Position numbers and translations under genes: made by a program | The notes under the pieces: model-generated | The model's database searches: none | The model's input: only the letters and a program-made list of their open reading frames with translations | What the model was told of the DNA's origin: nothing | Source: Minisyncoccota bacterium | GTDB lineage: Bacteria; Patescibacteriota; Minisyncoccia; Phycocordibacterales; DATDSR01 | Direction: 5' to 3' | DNA length: 64,000 nt | NCBI GenBank assembly: GCA_036517655.1 | Contig: DATDVE010000023.1 | Span: forward strand, 1,358 to 65,357 | Part shown: piece by piece, positions 36,509 to 46,369 of the stretch | Numbering within the stretch: position 1 is the stretch's first letter | How the letters are laid out: every line of letters starts with the position of its first letter

Positions 36509-38977
36509 ATGGCATCGAAGAAATCAGAAGAGAAAGGTTTGCCTGCTGCCCACGCTAACGTCGTGGCTACTCCCATTGTGGGCGAGATGCGCACTTCATA
36601 TTTGACCTACGCTATGAGCGTGATTGTTTCGCGCGCATTACCAGATGTGCGCGACGGTCTCAAGCCTGTGCACAGGCGCATTCTGTACGCCATGCACGAA
36701 GACGGGCGCGTACACAGTGCACGGTTTACGAAATCTGCCGGAGTGGTGGGCGATGTACTCAAGAAGTATCATCCACACGGCGACATGGCCGTCTACGACT
36801 CGATCGTGAAGATGACTCAAGATTTTTCTAGTCGTTATCCACTCATTCAGGGCCAGGGAAATTTCGGTTCGATTGATGGCGATAGCGCGGCCGCCTACAG
36901 ATATACAGAAGTGCGCATGTCGGCTCTTGCATCAGAAGTTTTGCGCGACATTGATAAAGAGACTGTTGACTTTACCCCCAGTTATGACGCCACACGCAAA
37001 GAACCCCTTGTTCTGCCATCGCGCGTGCCCATGCTCTTATTAAATGGAACATTGGGTATTGCCGTCGGCATGGCTACCAAAGTGCCGCCGCACAACTTAC
37101 GCGAAGTGATGCAGGCTCTCATACACTTAGCAGACAATCCAGAGGCAACGAATGAAGATTTACTTGAATTTGTGCAGGGGCCGGACTTCCCAACGGGCGG
37201 TATTATTTTCAACAAAAAAGATATTGCTCACGCTTACTCATCTGGCCGCGGGGGCGTGCTTGTTCGTGGTGAAGCAGAAATAATAGAAGACAAAAACTCC
37301 CAAATAGTAATTACCTCCATCCCATATCAAGTCAACAAGGCGGAGCTAATAATCAAGATGGCTGACCTTGTGCATGAGAAAAAGATTGAGGGAGTGAAAG
37401 ATATTCGTGATGAGTCGACAACACTCGATGATCTTAGAATTGCAATTGATCTCAAACATGGCAGTTTCCCACAGAAAGTGCTCAATGCGCTCTACAAACA
37501 CACAGACCTGGAAACAATGTTTCATTTTAACACGCTGGCATTGGTAGATGGCGTGCCAGAGACTTTGTCACTGAAAAGAATTTTGGAGGAATTTCTGGGT
37601 CATAGAAAGGTTGTAGTCAAACGTCGCACGCAATTTGATCTCACCAAGGCCAAAGATCGCGCGCATATATTGGAAGGCCTCAAGAAAGCGCTTGATCACA
37701 TAGATGAAATTATCAAGCTAATTAAGAAGTCAGCCGATGTGCCAACTGCCCGCGAGGGGCTAGTGAAGCAATTCAAGTTTAGCGAGCTTCAGGCAAACGC
37801 GATACTTGAAATGAAGCTCTCTAAACTCGCCGGTCTCGAACGCAAGAAGATAGAAGATGAGCTTAAAGAAATGCTGGCCCTGATTGCAGAACTTGAAAGC
37901 ATACTTAAGAGCGCGGCCAAAATGCTTACTCTGATCAAGAAGGAGTCGCAGGAAATAATAGATAAATTTGGCGATGACAGGCGCACGAAAGTTGTGAAGG
38001 GTGGGGCCAAAGAGATTAGCACGGAAGATATGATCCCCGACGAAGATAGCATGCTCGTGCTCACGCGCGGCGGTTATATTAAGCGCACGCGCCCAGAAGA
38101 GTACAAACGTCAGAAGAGAGGCGGCGTGGGCGTGGTGGATCTTGATACTAAAGAAGAGGACTTTATCACGGTCTTGCTTAGCGCCCGCACTCATTCTGAT
38201 CTCTTGTTCTTCACAGATCGGGGCAAAGTGTATCAACTCAAAATGTATGATATTCCCGAAGGCAAACGGGCAACCAAAGGTAAGAGCATAATGAACTTCT
38301 TATCTCTAAGTGAGGGAGAGAAAGTGACTAGCGTTTTGCCACTACCTAAAGAAGCGAAAGCGCGCGAAAAGTTTGAACTGATGATGATCACTAAACGTGC
38401 CGTGGGCAAGAAAGTTGAAGCAGACAGATTCTTCGACGTGCGCAGATCCGGCATTATTGCGATCACTCTAGATAAAGGAGACGAACTCCTAGGCGTGTTC
38501 CCGGTTGAGAAGGGGGATAGTGTCGTGCTCGCGTCCAGAGGCGGCCAAGCAATTAGGTTTAAAGAGAGTGATATAAGAGCGATGGGTCGAGCCGCAGGCG
38601 GCGTGCGAGCCATGAAGCTAAAGTCCGGCGATGAGATCGTGGGCGCAGACTTGGTGGAGAAAGAAAAAGAGAGTGAGCTCACGCTCTTTGTGATGAGCGA
38701 TAACGGCCTGGGCAAGAAAACTAAAATCAAGGAGTACAAGATTCAGAAGCGCGGCGGTTCTGGCGTCAAGACTGCCAAAGTGACTGCCAAAACTGGCAAG
38801 CTAATAGTGGCTAAAGTCTTATTTGGCGCTGAAGAAGAACTTGTGGCCATGTCTAAGATGGGCCAAGTAATCAGAGTGGAAGGCAAAGAAGTGCCAACCT
38901 TAGGCCGTCAGACTCAAGGCGTAAGAATCATGAAGCTCCGCCCTGGGGACAATATCGCTTCGGTAGAACGCCTATGA
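36509..38977 (+). CDS. gyrA: DNA gyrase subunit A
   Basis: 822 aa; active-site Tyr region [15 protein letters not shown]-like segment, C-terminal beta-pinwheel repeats. Confidence 0.95.
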   Translation: MASKKSEEKGLPAAHANVVATPIVGEMRTSYLTYAMSVIVSRALPDVRDGLKPVHRRILYAMHEDGRVHSARFTKSAGVVGDVLKKYHPHGDMAVYDSIVKMTQDFSSRYPLIQGQGNFGSIDGDSAAAYRYTEVRMSALASEVLRDIDKETVDFTPSYDATRKEPLVLPSRVPMLLLNGTLGIAVGMATKVPPHNLREVMQALIHLADNPEATNEDLLEFVQGPDFPTGGIIFNKKDIAHAYSSGRGGVLVRGEAEIIEDKNSQIVITSIPYQVNKAELIIKMADLVHEKKIEGVKDIRDESTTLDDLRIAIDLKHGSFPQKVLNALYKHTDLETMFHFNTLALVDGVPETLSLKRILEEFLGHRKVVVKRRTQFDLTKAKDRAHILEGLKKALDHIDEIIKLIKKSADVPTAREGLVKQFKFSELQANAILEMKLSKLAGLERKKIEDELKEMLALIAELESILKSAAKMLTLIKKESQEIIDKFGDDRRTKVVKGGAKEISTEDMIPDEDSMLVLTRGGYIKRTRPEEYKRQKRGGVGVVDLDTKEEDFITVLLSARTHSDLLFFTDRGKVYQLKMYDIPEGKRATKGKSIMNFLSLSEGEKVTSVLPLPKEAKAREKFELMMITKRAVGKKVEADRFFDVRRSGIIAITLDKGDELLGVFPVEKGDSVVLASRGGQAIRFKESDIRAMGRAAGGVRAMKLKSGDEIVGADLVEKEKESELTLFVMSDNGLGKKTKIKEYKIQKRGGSGVKTAKVTAKTGKLIVAKVLFGAEEELVAMSKMGQVIRVEGKEVPTLGRQTQGVRIMKLRPGDNIASVERL

Positions 38978-39177
38978 TGACTCCTTACACACCCAAAAGA
39001 CTAGTACGCTGGTTAAGAGATTTTCTCAATTGGATTGATAGTACTAGAGAAAAAGCGGAAAGAAAAGGAGTTATTACAGATCTATTAGCAAATACACTCC
39101 TATTACTAAGCGAGTTGTTTGTTATTTTCGTTTTCCTTGTCGGGGCGGTATTCTTATTTCTTAATTTCTTTGACTGA
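38974..39177 (+). CDS. hypothetical small membrane protein
   Basis: 67 aa, C-terminal TM helix; overlaps the gyrA stop by 4 nt. Confidence 0.3.
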   Translation: MMTPYTPKRLVRWLRDFLNWIDSTREKAERKGVITDLLANTLLLLSELFVIFVFLVGAVFLFLNFFD

Positions 39178-39180
39178 TTT

Positions 39181-39205
39181 CACTTAGCGCCCAGGGCGCT
39201 AAGTG
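39181..39205. repeat. REP-like hairpin CACTTAGCGCC-CAG-GGCGCTAAGTG at the 3' end of RAYT copy 2
   Basis: 11-bp inverted repeat; identical copy at 39869-39893 and a degenerate copy at 39385-39417 inside the CDS. Confidence 0.8.
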
Positions 39206-39207
39206 TT

Positions 39208-39855
39208 TTATTCATTCATCAAAATTTCCTTCAATTCAGCGTAGTCATCTCTTTTACGTATCATCTCGGTAAGTGCATCAAGTGCGAAGATCCTATAGTC
39301 ATCTTTTGAATCAAACTGTTCAAGCACTATTTCCTTTGCGCAAATACCTTGAATATTTGTCGTATATTCTAACCAACTCGATCTCACCAACTCAGCGCCC
39401 TGGGCGCTAAGTTGGTGGACTCGGTCGTTTAGGTTTACATAGGCGCTTCCATGAACCAAATGTTCATTCGTTGTTATGTGCTTGGCCCTGAACGGCCCCT
39501 GGAAAAGTGGCCCGCTACGTTTATTTTTCTTGTTAAAGTACCAGGAATATCCTCCCATCACTTTCATCATAAATTTACTGATACCGTGATCCGCGATTTG
39601 CTTTAAAATAAGATGAAAATGGTTTGGGTTGATGCAATAAGCAATTATCTCAACAAGAGGGTCACTCTTCTTAATTTTGTTCTGATTAGAAAAATTTAAT
39701 TCGTAAAGACCACCTTCTGGCTCGACCTGGTTGAATATATCGATGCACGTTACCAATCTTTCCGAATTTTCGGGTGTCATAACGATTTGCCTTTTGTCTA
39801 CACCTCTATTAAAGACATGATAAATTTCACCAGGAGCCAAGTTTTGTTTTCTCAT
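39208..39855 (-). mobile_element. HUH-Y1 transposase gene, RAYT/IS200-like, copy 2 (start trimmed to align with copy 1)
   Basis: HUH motif NPNHFHLIL, Tyr region SAYVNLN; about 50% identical to copy 1; the annotated longer ORF would translate through the upstream hairpin. Confidence 0.75.
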
Positions 39856-39868
39856 GTGCGAATGATAA

Positions 39869-39893
39869 CACTTAGCGCCCAGGGCGCTAAGTG
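39869..39893. repeat. REP-like hairpin CACTTAGCGCC-CAG-GGCGCTAAGTG upstream of RAYT copy 2
   Basis: Identical to 39181-39205. Confidence 0.8.
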
Positions 39894-39947
39894 GGACGTG
39901 GGGATAGAGAGGGCGGTGTTTTCTAGTGATCTGATACAATATAGGGG

Positions 39948-40451
39948 ATGACAAACTTCGCTTCACCGGCTTTAAATATTAGCCACTTGCACTTGCGGCC
40001 GGGGAACATTGTTGCTGATCTCGGGGCAGGCTCTGGACACTACGCTATTGCCCTGGCCGATAAGCTCCAAGAATTGGGCAAGGGGCATGTGTACGCGGTA
40101 GACGTGCAGAAGCATTATCTGGAAAAGATTAAACAAGAAGCGGACAAAAAAGGATTAGGTAATTTAAGCGTAATTTGGGGCGATGTTGATGTATCTGGGG
40201 GAACGAAGCTTGCCAATCATGTTGCCGACGCAGTTGTGATCTCGAATGTGCTTTTTCAAACGCAGACGAGAAAAGAATTTTTGAAAGAGGCAAGTAGAAT
40301 CTTGAAGCCTGGTGGCGAAATGCTTATCATAGACTGGCAAGATAAGCTTAAACCTCACGAAGTGCTAGATATTTTGCCAGCCGGGATTAGCAAAGTGAGC
40401 GAATTTGACGCCGGCTCGCATCATTTCGGACTCTTACTTCGTAAATCATGA
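39948..40451 (+). CDS. class I SAM-dependent methyltransferase
   Basis: 167 aa; motif I VADLGAGSGHYA; acidic post-I residue; motif II-like region. Confidence 0.7.
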   Translation: MTNFASPALNISHLHLRPGNIVADLGAGSGHYAIALADKLQELGKGHVYAVDVQKHYLEKIKQEADKKGLGNLSVIWGDVDVSGGTKLANHVADAVVISNVLFQTQTRKEFLKEASRILKPGGEMLIIDWQDKLKPHEVLDILPAGISKVSEFDAGSHHFGLLLRKS

Positions 40452-40468
40452 ATCATAAATCATAAATC

Positions 40469-41770
40469 GTGAAGTCATTCCAAACAATTCTTTTGATAGT
40501 TTTTGCCTTCTTTATTGTGGGGGCTGTGCTTATATTTTCGGGCGTTTTGGGTGGGGGTAGCGGCTCACAGGACAAGCTTATTGCGCAGCCAGTAATAATG
40601 TGGGGCACGGTCTCTAAGTCTACGATGGAAGATATCTTGCAGAAGGCTATAGATGCCGGGGACAAGTTCGAGATTACCTATGTGGAGAAACGAGCCGACA
40701 GCTTCGAAGCGGAACTTATTGATGCTCTGGCCTCGAACAAAGGGCCAGATCTAATCCTTGCGCCGCATACTCTTGTTTTGAAGCAACGGGACAAGCTTCT
40801 GCCACTGCCCGAGACGGCTTTCTCAAGGCGCCTCTTCATGGACAGTTTCGTTGAGGCCGGCGAGACGTTGCTTGGGACAGACCAGGAAGGTGGTGAGAGC
40901 ATTGTGCTTGGATTGCCCCTTTTCCTAGATCCAATAGTTATGTACTGGAATCGTGACATGTTCACTAAGGCGGGCTTATCCGCTCCGCCTTCCACTTGGC
41001 TCGAGGTTCAACTTCTGCCAGAGCGCCTGACCAAGCTCGACGAGCGGGGCAATATCGTAGAGGGCGCTGTCGGTCTCGGGGGTGTCAATAATGTGAGTCA
41101 CTTCAAGGAGATCCTCTCCGCCCAGATTATGCAGACTGGTAACAAGATCGTCACGTTTGCCCTAGGGCGGGCTTCTGTCGTACTGGCAGAGGGTACCAAT
41201 GCGGAATCAGCTCTGCGCTTCTACTCCGAATTCGGCAACCCAAGTCTACCCAAGTATTCCTGGAACTCTGCCAAGCGCAGCTCGCTTGACGAATTCATAG
41301 CAGGCAAGCTTGCGATCTACTTCGGCTTTGGTAGTGAACTGGGGATAATCGAGGCTCGCAACCCACACCTTAACTTCGATACGGCCAATTTCCCACAGAT
41401 CTCAAGCGGTGAGCGCCGTCTCACATATGCAGATGTATACACACTCGCTGTTATCAAGAATTCGTCCGTGCAGAATGCGGCCTATGCCGTGGCCTATCGC
41501 ATGTCACTTGGTGTTGCGGCTGATATAGCGGGGAGTGAGTTGCGCTTGCCTCCCGCCCGTCGTGACCTCCTCTCTGTGGCCGATGAGGATCCGAATGTGG
41601 CTCTCTTCGAGTCCGCGGCCGTAATCAGCAAGACCTGGTTTGATCCCAACTGGGTAGTGACGAGGAATATCTTCGCCGATATGATAGAATCTGTATTAAT
41701 AGGCAAGTTAAGTCCGAGCAGCGCAGTGTCGGCGGCAAGCGCCCGCATCCAAGACTTGTTAAATATATAA
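40469..41770 (+). CDS. membrane-anchored extracellular solute-binding-like protein
   Basis: 433 aa; N-terminal TM helix then SBP_bac_1-like fold hints (IVMYWNRDMFTKAGL); GTG start. Confidence 0.45.
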   Translation: MKSFQTILLIVFAFFIVGAVLIFSGVLGGGSGSQDKLIAQPVIMWGTVSKSTMEDILQKAIDAGDKFEITYVEKRADSFEAELIDALASNKGPDLILAPHTLVLKQRDKLLPLPETAFSRRLFMDSFVEAGETLLGTDQEGGESIVLGLPLFLDPIVMYWNRDMFTKAGLSAPPSTWLEVQLLPERLTKLDERGNIVEGAVGLGGVNNVSHFKEILSAQIMQTGNKIVTFALGRASVVLAEGTNAESALRFYSEFGNPSLPKYSWNSAKRSSLDEFIAGKLAIYFGFGSELGIIEARNPHLNFDTANFPQISSGERRLTYADVYTLAVIKNSSVQNAAYAVAYRMSLGVAADIAGSELRLPPARRDLLSVADEDPNVALFESAAVISKTWFDPNWVVTRNIFADMIESVLIGKLSPSSAVSAASARIQDLLNI

Positions 41771-41772
41771 AA

Positions 41773-42114
41773 ATGGCATTAGTTGATTGCAACGGAAAAG
41801 TTGTTGGAGAAGGGGCAGACGCAAAATTCCTTGATGGCTGTACACTTCAAGATTTGGGTGTACTGATTGTGAAGATTTTTGACTACATGATCGACATTGT
41901 GTTCTTGCTTGCAGTGCTGGGCATTGCCGTGGGCGGTTTGTACATAATTTTCGGTGGGGCAAGCGAAGGCAATCGCATCCAGGGCAAGAGCATTATTGGC
42001 TCCTCTATCTTGGGCCTATTTGTAGCGGCCGCAGCCTGGGTGATTGTGAACACAATTCTGGTTGGCTTGGGAGCAGAAGGCTTCCGGAATCCGCTTAAAG
42101 TAGGAATATTTTAA
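41773..42114 (+). CDS. two-TM pilin-like protein (TrbC/VirB2 / T4SS-pilin-like family), paralog 1
   Basis: 113 aa; hairpin of two long hydrophobic helices; first of 8 tandem paralogs. Confidence 0.45.
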   Translation: MALVDCNGKVVGEGADAKFLDGCTLQDLGVLIVKIFDYMIDIVFLLAVLGIAVGGLYIIFGGASEGNRIQGKSIIGSSILGLFVAAAAWVIVNTILVGLGAEGFRNPLKVGIF

Positions 42115-42123
42115 ACAAGAAAT

Positions 42124-42459
42124 ATGCAAAGAATATTAGAATTTTTCACCCAGACCACCTATGCACAGATCACGAGCAAGGGCGGTTCGTCAGTTTTCAA
42201 AAATCCTCTTGGGGGAACCACGAACTTTACCGAACTTCTCAACAAAGTCCTCGAGGTGATAATTGCCATCGGCGTGCCAATACTAGTAGTCTTCATTGTC
42301 TACGCAGGGTTCCTCTTCGTGACGGCTCAAGGCAATGAGACTAAACTCGAGAAGGCTAAGGCGTCTCTCTTCTGGGCGATCATTGGCGGCGCGGTCTTGA
42401 TTGGGGCCAAAGTTATAGCCACGGCGATCCAAGATACTGTGGGAGTAATCGGCCCTTGA
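42124..42459 (+). CDS. two-TM pilin-like protein, paralog 2
   Basis: 111 aa; TM1 - short polar loop (TAQGNETKLEKAKASLFWAIIGG) - TM2. Confidence 0.5.
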   Translation: MQRILEFFTQTTYAQITSKGGSSVFKNPLGGTTNFTELLNKVLEVIIAIGVPILVVFIVYAGFLFVTAQGNETKLEKAKASLFWAIIGGAVLIGAKVIATAIQDTVGVIGP

Positions 42460-42490
42460 TCAAGCTTCTTATTTAACATGTATAGAATAT

Positions 42491-42787
42491 ATGAATGAAG
42501 CGGCAGCATTCAAAATAATAGTGGGCAAGGTCCTGATACAGTTACAGTTTATCCCCCCTTTCCTTGTGGGTCTGGCTCTAGTCTATTTCATATATTCTGT
42601 TGTGCTCGTGATCAAGAATTCTGGCGACGAAGCTAAACTAACAGAGAGCAAGAAGAGCATGACATTCGGTATCGTGGCTCTCTTTATTATGATCTCATTG
42701 TGGGGTTTGGCTACTGCCCTGCGGAGTACCTTCCAGCTCGACGATGGTTCGGTTAATCAGGGCAAGATAGATAGCCTGTGGAAATAG
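42491..42787 (+). CDS. two-TM pilin-like protein, paralog 3
   Basis: 98 aa; loop NSGDEAKLTESKKSMTFGIVALFIMISLWGL matches the family pattern. Confidence 0.5.
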   Translation: MNEAAAFKIIVGKVLIQLQFIPPFLVGLALVYFIYSVVLVIKNSGDEAKLTESKKSMTFGIVALFIMISLWGLATALRSTFQLDDGSVNQGKIDSLWK

Positions 42788-42887
42788 TGCTATCCAGAAA
42801 TATATGGGGGTGTATAATTGCCCTAGCCTCAAAGTAGGCATGAATTAGTGGTTAAAAATTAATAGCGTATTAATAATAAGTAATAAA

Positions 42888-43244
42888 ATGACTAAAGCTA
42901 AGATAACCGCAGCCGCTCTCTCCTTTGCCATGCTTGCGCCTATGTCGGCACTTGCAGTGGGGGAGAACCTGGAGAACTTGTTGTCGTTGATTAAGCGTCT
43001 CGTATCCGGCGCGATCCCAGTTCTGGTGGGTCTTGCCCTCATCTTCTTTATAGTTGGCTTGATTCGCTTCGTAATCGCGGGCGACGCCGAGAAGCGTGAG
43101 GACGGCAAGAAGATGATGTGGTGGGGTATTGTGGCCCTCTTCGTGATTGTCTCGATCTGGGGCATCGTCGAATTCATCGCCAGCACTCTTGGTATAACTA
43201 AGGAAGGACCTATCACTCCTCCTGGAGTAGTGGGTGTCCAGTAG
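42888..43244 (+). CDS. two-TM pilin-like protein, paralog 4 (signal peptide-like N-terminus)
   Basis: 118 aa; AGDAEKREDGKKMMWWGIVALFVIVSIWGIV family signature. Confidence 0.55.
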   Translation: MTKAKITAAALSFAMLAPMSALAVGENLENLLSLIKRLVSGAIPVLVGLALIFFIVGLIRFVIAGDAEKREDGKKMMWWGIVALFVIVSIWGIVEFIASTLGITKEGPITPPGVVGVQ

Positions 43245-43253
43245 ACATAAGTT

Positions 43254-43526
43254 GTGAACGAGTACTTAGCCGCAGTTCCCGCGGCAGTGGGCAAGATCAA
43301 GACAGAGATCGTCAACCCTATACTGAAGCTCTTGATTGCGCTTGCTGTAATATACTTCCTCTTCGGGGTGGTTAAGTACTTTATTGGTGCGCGCGAGAGG
43401 GCTGATTCGCAAGGCGCGGCCGAAGGCAAGAATCACATGCTCTGGGGTATCATAGGTGTAGCTATTACTATCTCGGCCTTCGGCATAGTTAATCTGATCG
43501 CAAGTTTCGTCGGGGAGGTAAGTTAA
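43254..43526 (+). CDS. two-TM pilin-like protein, paralog 5
   Basis: 90 aa; GARERADSQGAAEGKNHMLWGIIGVAITISAFGIV. Confidence 0.55.
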   Translation: MNEYLAAVPAAVGKIKTEIVNPILKLLIALAVIYFLFGVVKYFIGARERADSQGAAEGKNHMLWGIIGVAITISAFGIVNLIASFVGEVS

Positions 43527-43699
43527 CCCTGTTTCGCCCCACTTCGCTAAAGCTTCGCGGGGTCATTTTGCCAGCAAAATGAAAAACAGCCTTCGCGCCG
43601 TTCCCCTCCCAGCTTATGGCGGGGAAGTGACGGAGCGAAGGCCGTGACTTGAGACAAATGGTCCAGGAGAACGTGAGCGGGGGCGTGCTCGTGGCCGGG

Positions 43700-44713
43700 T
43701 CATGGGTAGAGCCGCATCTGGCCGTGACTGGGGCTCTCCGAGACCCAACAAGGGGTACCCTCGCAGATGCCGTCGTGACAGCAGTTCTCGTCCCAGCGCA
43801 TTGTGATAGCTTCACCCCTGTCTCGTGTCCCGTCGCGGTTCACGATCCAGCCCGTTCCCTTGCCGGCACCCTCCTTCCAAACCACGTGGCCGGTGTCGCC
43901 TTCCACGGTGGTGAGAGTGTAATGTTGCCAGCCTGGGCTATCCGCGACCTTGGTGAGGTCGAAGCGCCCATCCTGGTTCTCGAGGAACTGCGCGACGATA
44001 TGTCTCGTCGGCTTCGGGAGTTCGAACCCGAGCGCTGTTGGTGGAGCCGGTAGCGGCTGCTCGTCGGGGATGTGCGGAAGAACGTTTGCCCATCGCGCCA
44101 GTCGCCGGCCTTCCTTCTCCTCATTCACGGCCTGTGCCTGCTTGACGAGGTCGCGAACGGCTTGATGCCGAGTCGCCGTATCCTTGCCGCGGGCGACAGT
44201 CTCGACTCCGCGGACGACCTTCTTTCCCGTCTCGTGCACAGTGTCCGCGCTCGGCCAGGCCACCATCCTCGCCAGGTTCGCGAGTGCGACGACCGCTATG
44301 ATGAGGCCGGCGTACTGACGCAGCTTCCCCGGAGGAAAGACAACGCCGAGACCGATGTAGGCGACGAACAGAACGCCGCAGAGCAGGAAGCCGTAGCGGT
44401 TCTGCTCCGTCTTGAAGACGAGCACGAAGGTGCCGTAGGTGACCCCCAAGAAATAGGGGAACCACAGCAAGCGAACGAGCATCGCCACCGCCCGAATGTA
44501 GGGGATCTGCGAGGCGAGGGCGACGCCGGTGAAGAAGAGGGCCACGATCGTCGGGGAGATGAACACCACGACGAGCGGAAGAAAGATGTAGACGAGCGTC
44601 AGGACGAGTGCGGGTGTGTCCCAGCCCCACAACCCGCAGGCCGTGATGGCCGCGAGCATGGCGCCGAAGCCGATGATCGTCCACTGTCCGATTGAATCGA
44701 GATACGTTCTCAT
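43700..44713 (-). CDS. hypothetical polytopic membrane protein with Cys-rich C-terminal domain (high-GC island)
   Basis: 337 aa; about 6 TM helices then a soluble domain ending in ...CCHDGICEGTPCWVSE; GC content far above flanks. Confidence 0.45.
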   Translation of the reverse strand: MRTYLDSIGQWTIIGFGAMLAAITACGLWGWDTPALVLTLVYIFLPLVVVFISPTIVALFFTGVALASQIPYIRAVAMLVRLLWFPYFLGVTYGTFVLVFKTEQNRYGFLLCGVLFVAYIGLGVVFPPGKLRQYAGLIIAVVALANLARMVAWPSADTVHETGKKVVRGVETVARGKDTATRHQAVRDLVKQAQAVNEEKEGRRLARWANVLPHIPDEQPLPAPPTALGFELPKPTRHIVAQFLENQDGRFDLTKVADSPGWQHYTLTTVEGDTGHVVWKEGAGKGTGWIVNRDGTRDRGEAITMRWDENCCHDGICEGTPCWVSESPSHGQMRLYP

Positions 44714-45121
44714 TTAGTACCTCCTTCTCCTGATGGGTGGTAGGGGTGGGACTGGCTGGCCGACCGGTCGTGACCGGAAGTACGGCAGCTTGTTGACCAG
44801 CCCCATGAACAACCTGACAGGGCTGATCCGTCGGCCGATCTCGGCCATCTCGCGATCGAAATCCGCGATGGGCTCGGCGACCTTGTCGAAGATCTCGCGA
44901 CCCTGCGCCTTGGCCGTGTCCCAGTCTGGGACACTCTCCCCAACGATGGCCACGAAGCCGTCGTCAGAGCGGCGATCGAGCGCTCTCTTGAGCGCCTCCG
45001 GATCAGAACAGATCCGATCCCAACGCTCCGCCCAGACTTTGAAGCGCTTCAGGAACTTCTCCTGATACGCACCCTCGTCGGTCTTGGCGATCTGGGTGAG
45101 ACTCTTGTCTTTCGTTGGCAT
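44714..45121 (-). CDS. hypothetical protein (high-GC island), start trimmed to the internal ATG
   Basis: 136 aa from MPTKDKSL; charged, helical; the longer ORF overlaps the upstream gene. Confidence 0.35.
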   Translation of the reverse strand: MPTKDKSLTQIAKTDEGAYQEKFLKRFKVWAERWDRICSDPEALKRALDRRSDDGFVAIVGESVPDWDTAKAQGREIFDKVAEPIADFDREMAEIGRRISPVRLFMGLVNKLPYFRSRPVGQPVPPLPPIRRRRY

Positions 45122-45134
45122 GTCTCTCCTCCTT

Positions 45135-45473
45135 CTAGAGAATTCCGTCGCGAAGTGCTTCCCGGGCGTCCTCTCCCGGCTTCTTGGGCTTGTCACCCGC
45201 CTTGCCGAAGAGGTGAACGTACGCATCGGCGTAGATGATACGCTGAATGCGTTCGCGCTGGAAGCGGTTCGGATGGTCGAGCGCGGCGCAAAGGGCGGGG
45301 TAATCCCGCTGTCCGTCCTCGCTCTCGATGAGCGGGGAGACCAGACTGCGGACCGCGTCCGCGTCTTCCTTCTGTTGCTCTCTGCCCTTCTTGTCTCCCA
45401 AGAAGAGCTTTTCGATCACGTACCAGATCCCCTCGTCGAATGGGATCAAGTCTAGCAGCTTGGGCATCTTCAC
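45135..45473 (-). CDS. hypothetical protein (high-GC island)
   Basis: 112 aa; the three island genes are co-oriented with short spacers. Confidence 0.35.
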   Translation of the reverse strand: MKMPKLLDLIPFDEGIWYVIEKLFLGDKKGREQQKEDADAVRSLVSPLIESEDGQRDYPALCAALDHPNRFQRERIQRIIYADAYVHLFGKAGDKPKKPGEDAREALRDGIL

Positions 45474-45722
45474 TTTTCCTTTCTAGATTTAGGACCATTT
45501 GTCAGCGTCCTTGATCTACCCTCAATTATATCACATATTAATACGAAATGCAAGCCCACTTCGCCGATAGGCTTCGCGGGCCACAGGGTTGGGGATAAAC
45601 TGCTTTCTGTGGCTTATTTATGGGGTAAAATTGTGTATACTTGTCCCGTTAGAAGTTACGGTGATTATCTAACGAGATTTTATAAAACCACATAATATTA
45701 CTATGCATAAACTTCTAATGGG

Positions 45723-46070
45723 ATGAGAAACAAAATTCTAGTGCCAGTTTTACTTCTAATTTTGCCGAGTTTCGCTAGTGCTAAGACTATCGGTGATCTC
45801 TTGAAGGACGTAGGTGGCTGGCTTGGCACTTTGTTACCCATCTTAACGGCTCTTGCCCTCGTTGTTTTCATCTGGGGACTTGTTATTTTCATCGGCAAGG
45901 CTGGCGATGAGACGGCTCGCACAGAAGGCAAGCAGCGGATGATCTGGGGCGTGATAGCCCTCTTCGTGATCATCTCGATCTGGGGCTTGGTCACCTTCTT
46001 GCAAGAGACAACTGGCACAGGTGGCTCAAGCGCATTGCCCGCACCCGGTTTACCAGCAGCACCAAAGTGA
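45723..46070 (+). CDS. two-TM pilin-like protein, paralog 6 (signal peptide-like N-terminus)
   Basis: 115 aa; GKAGDETARTEGKQRMIWGVIALFVIISIWGLV. Confidence 0.55.
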   Translation: MRNKILVPVLLLILPSFASAKTIGDLLKDVGGWLGTLLPILTALALVVFIWGLVIFIGKAGDETARTEGKQRMIWGVIALFVIISIWGLVTFLQETTGTGGSSALPAPGLPAAPK

Positions 46071-46363
46071 TGGAAGCAGCAGCAACAGTAGGTTCGATCA
46101 TCGGGGTGGGCATGAGTATTTTGGGTTTGCTCATCCCGCTCATAATCGGGCTTGGCCTTGTGTATTTCATTTGGGGTCTGGTGCAATTTATCGGTAAGGC
46201 TGGTGATGAGGCAGGCAGGACTGAAGGTAAGGCTAAGATGCTCTGGGGCATCATTGCTATCTTCGTGATCGTTTCCGTCTGGGGCCTGGTGGGAATTCTG
46301 CGGGAATCCTTCTTCGGAGGTGGTGCCGACAAGACACCGCCGCCCCCGCAGTTCCAAAGTTAA
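46067..46363 (+). CDS. two-TM pilin-like protein, paralog 7
   Basis: 98 aa; GKAGDEAGRTEGKAKMLWGIIAIFVIVSVWGLV; overlaps the previous stop by 4 nt. Confidence 0.55.
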   Translation: MMEAAATVGSIIGVGMSILGLLIPLIIGLGLVYFIWGLVQFIGKAGDEAGRTEGKAKMLWGIIAIFVIVSVWGLVGILRESFFGGGADKTPPPPQFQS

Positions 46364-46369
46364 TTTCTT

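Noticed and set aside
40445-40468. Short tandem AATCAT-AAATCAT-AAATCGT between the methyltransferase and SBP-like genes
   Set aside because: There are only three imperfect 7-nt units in a 17-nt intergenic spacer, too short to assign a function. It may simply be AT-rich spacer containing the GTG start context.
42845-43429. Minus-strand ORF 42845..43429 (194 aa) overlapping pilin paralogs 4 and 5
   Set aside because: It is antisense to two well-formed, RBS-preceded members of a repeated family, and its translation has no family signature.
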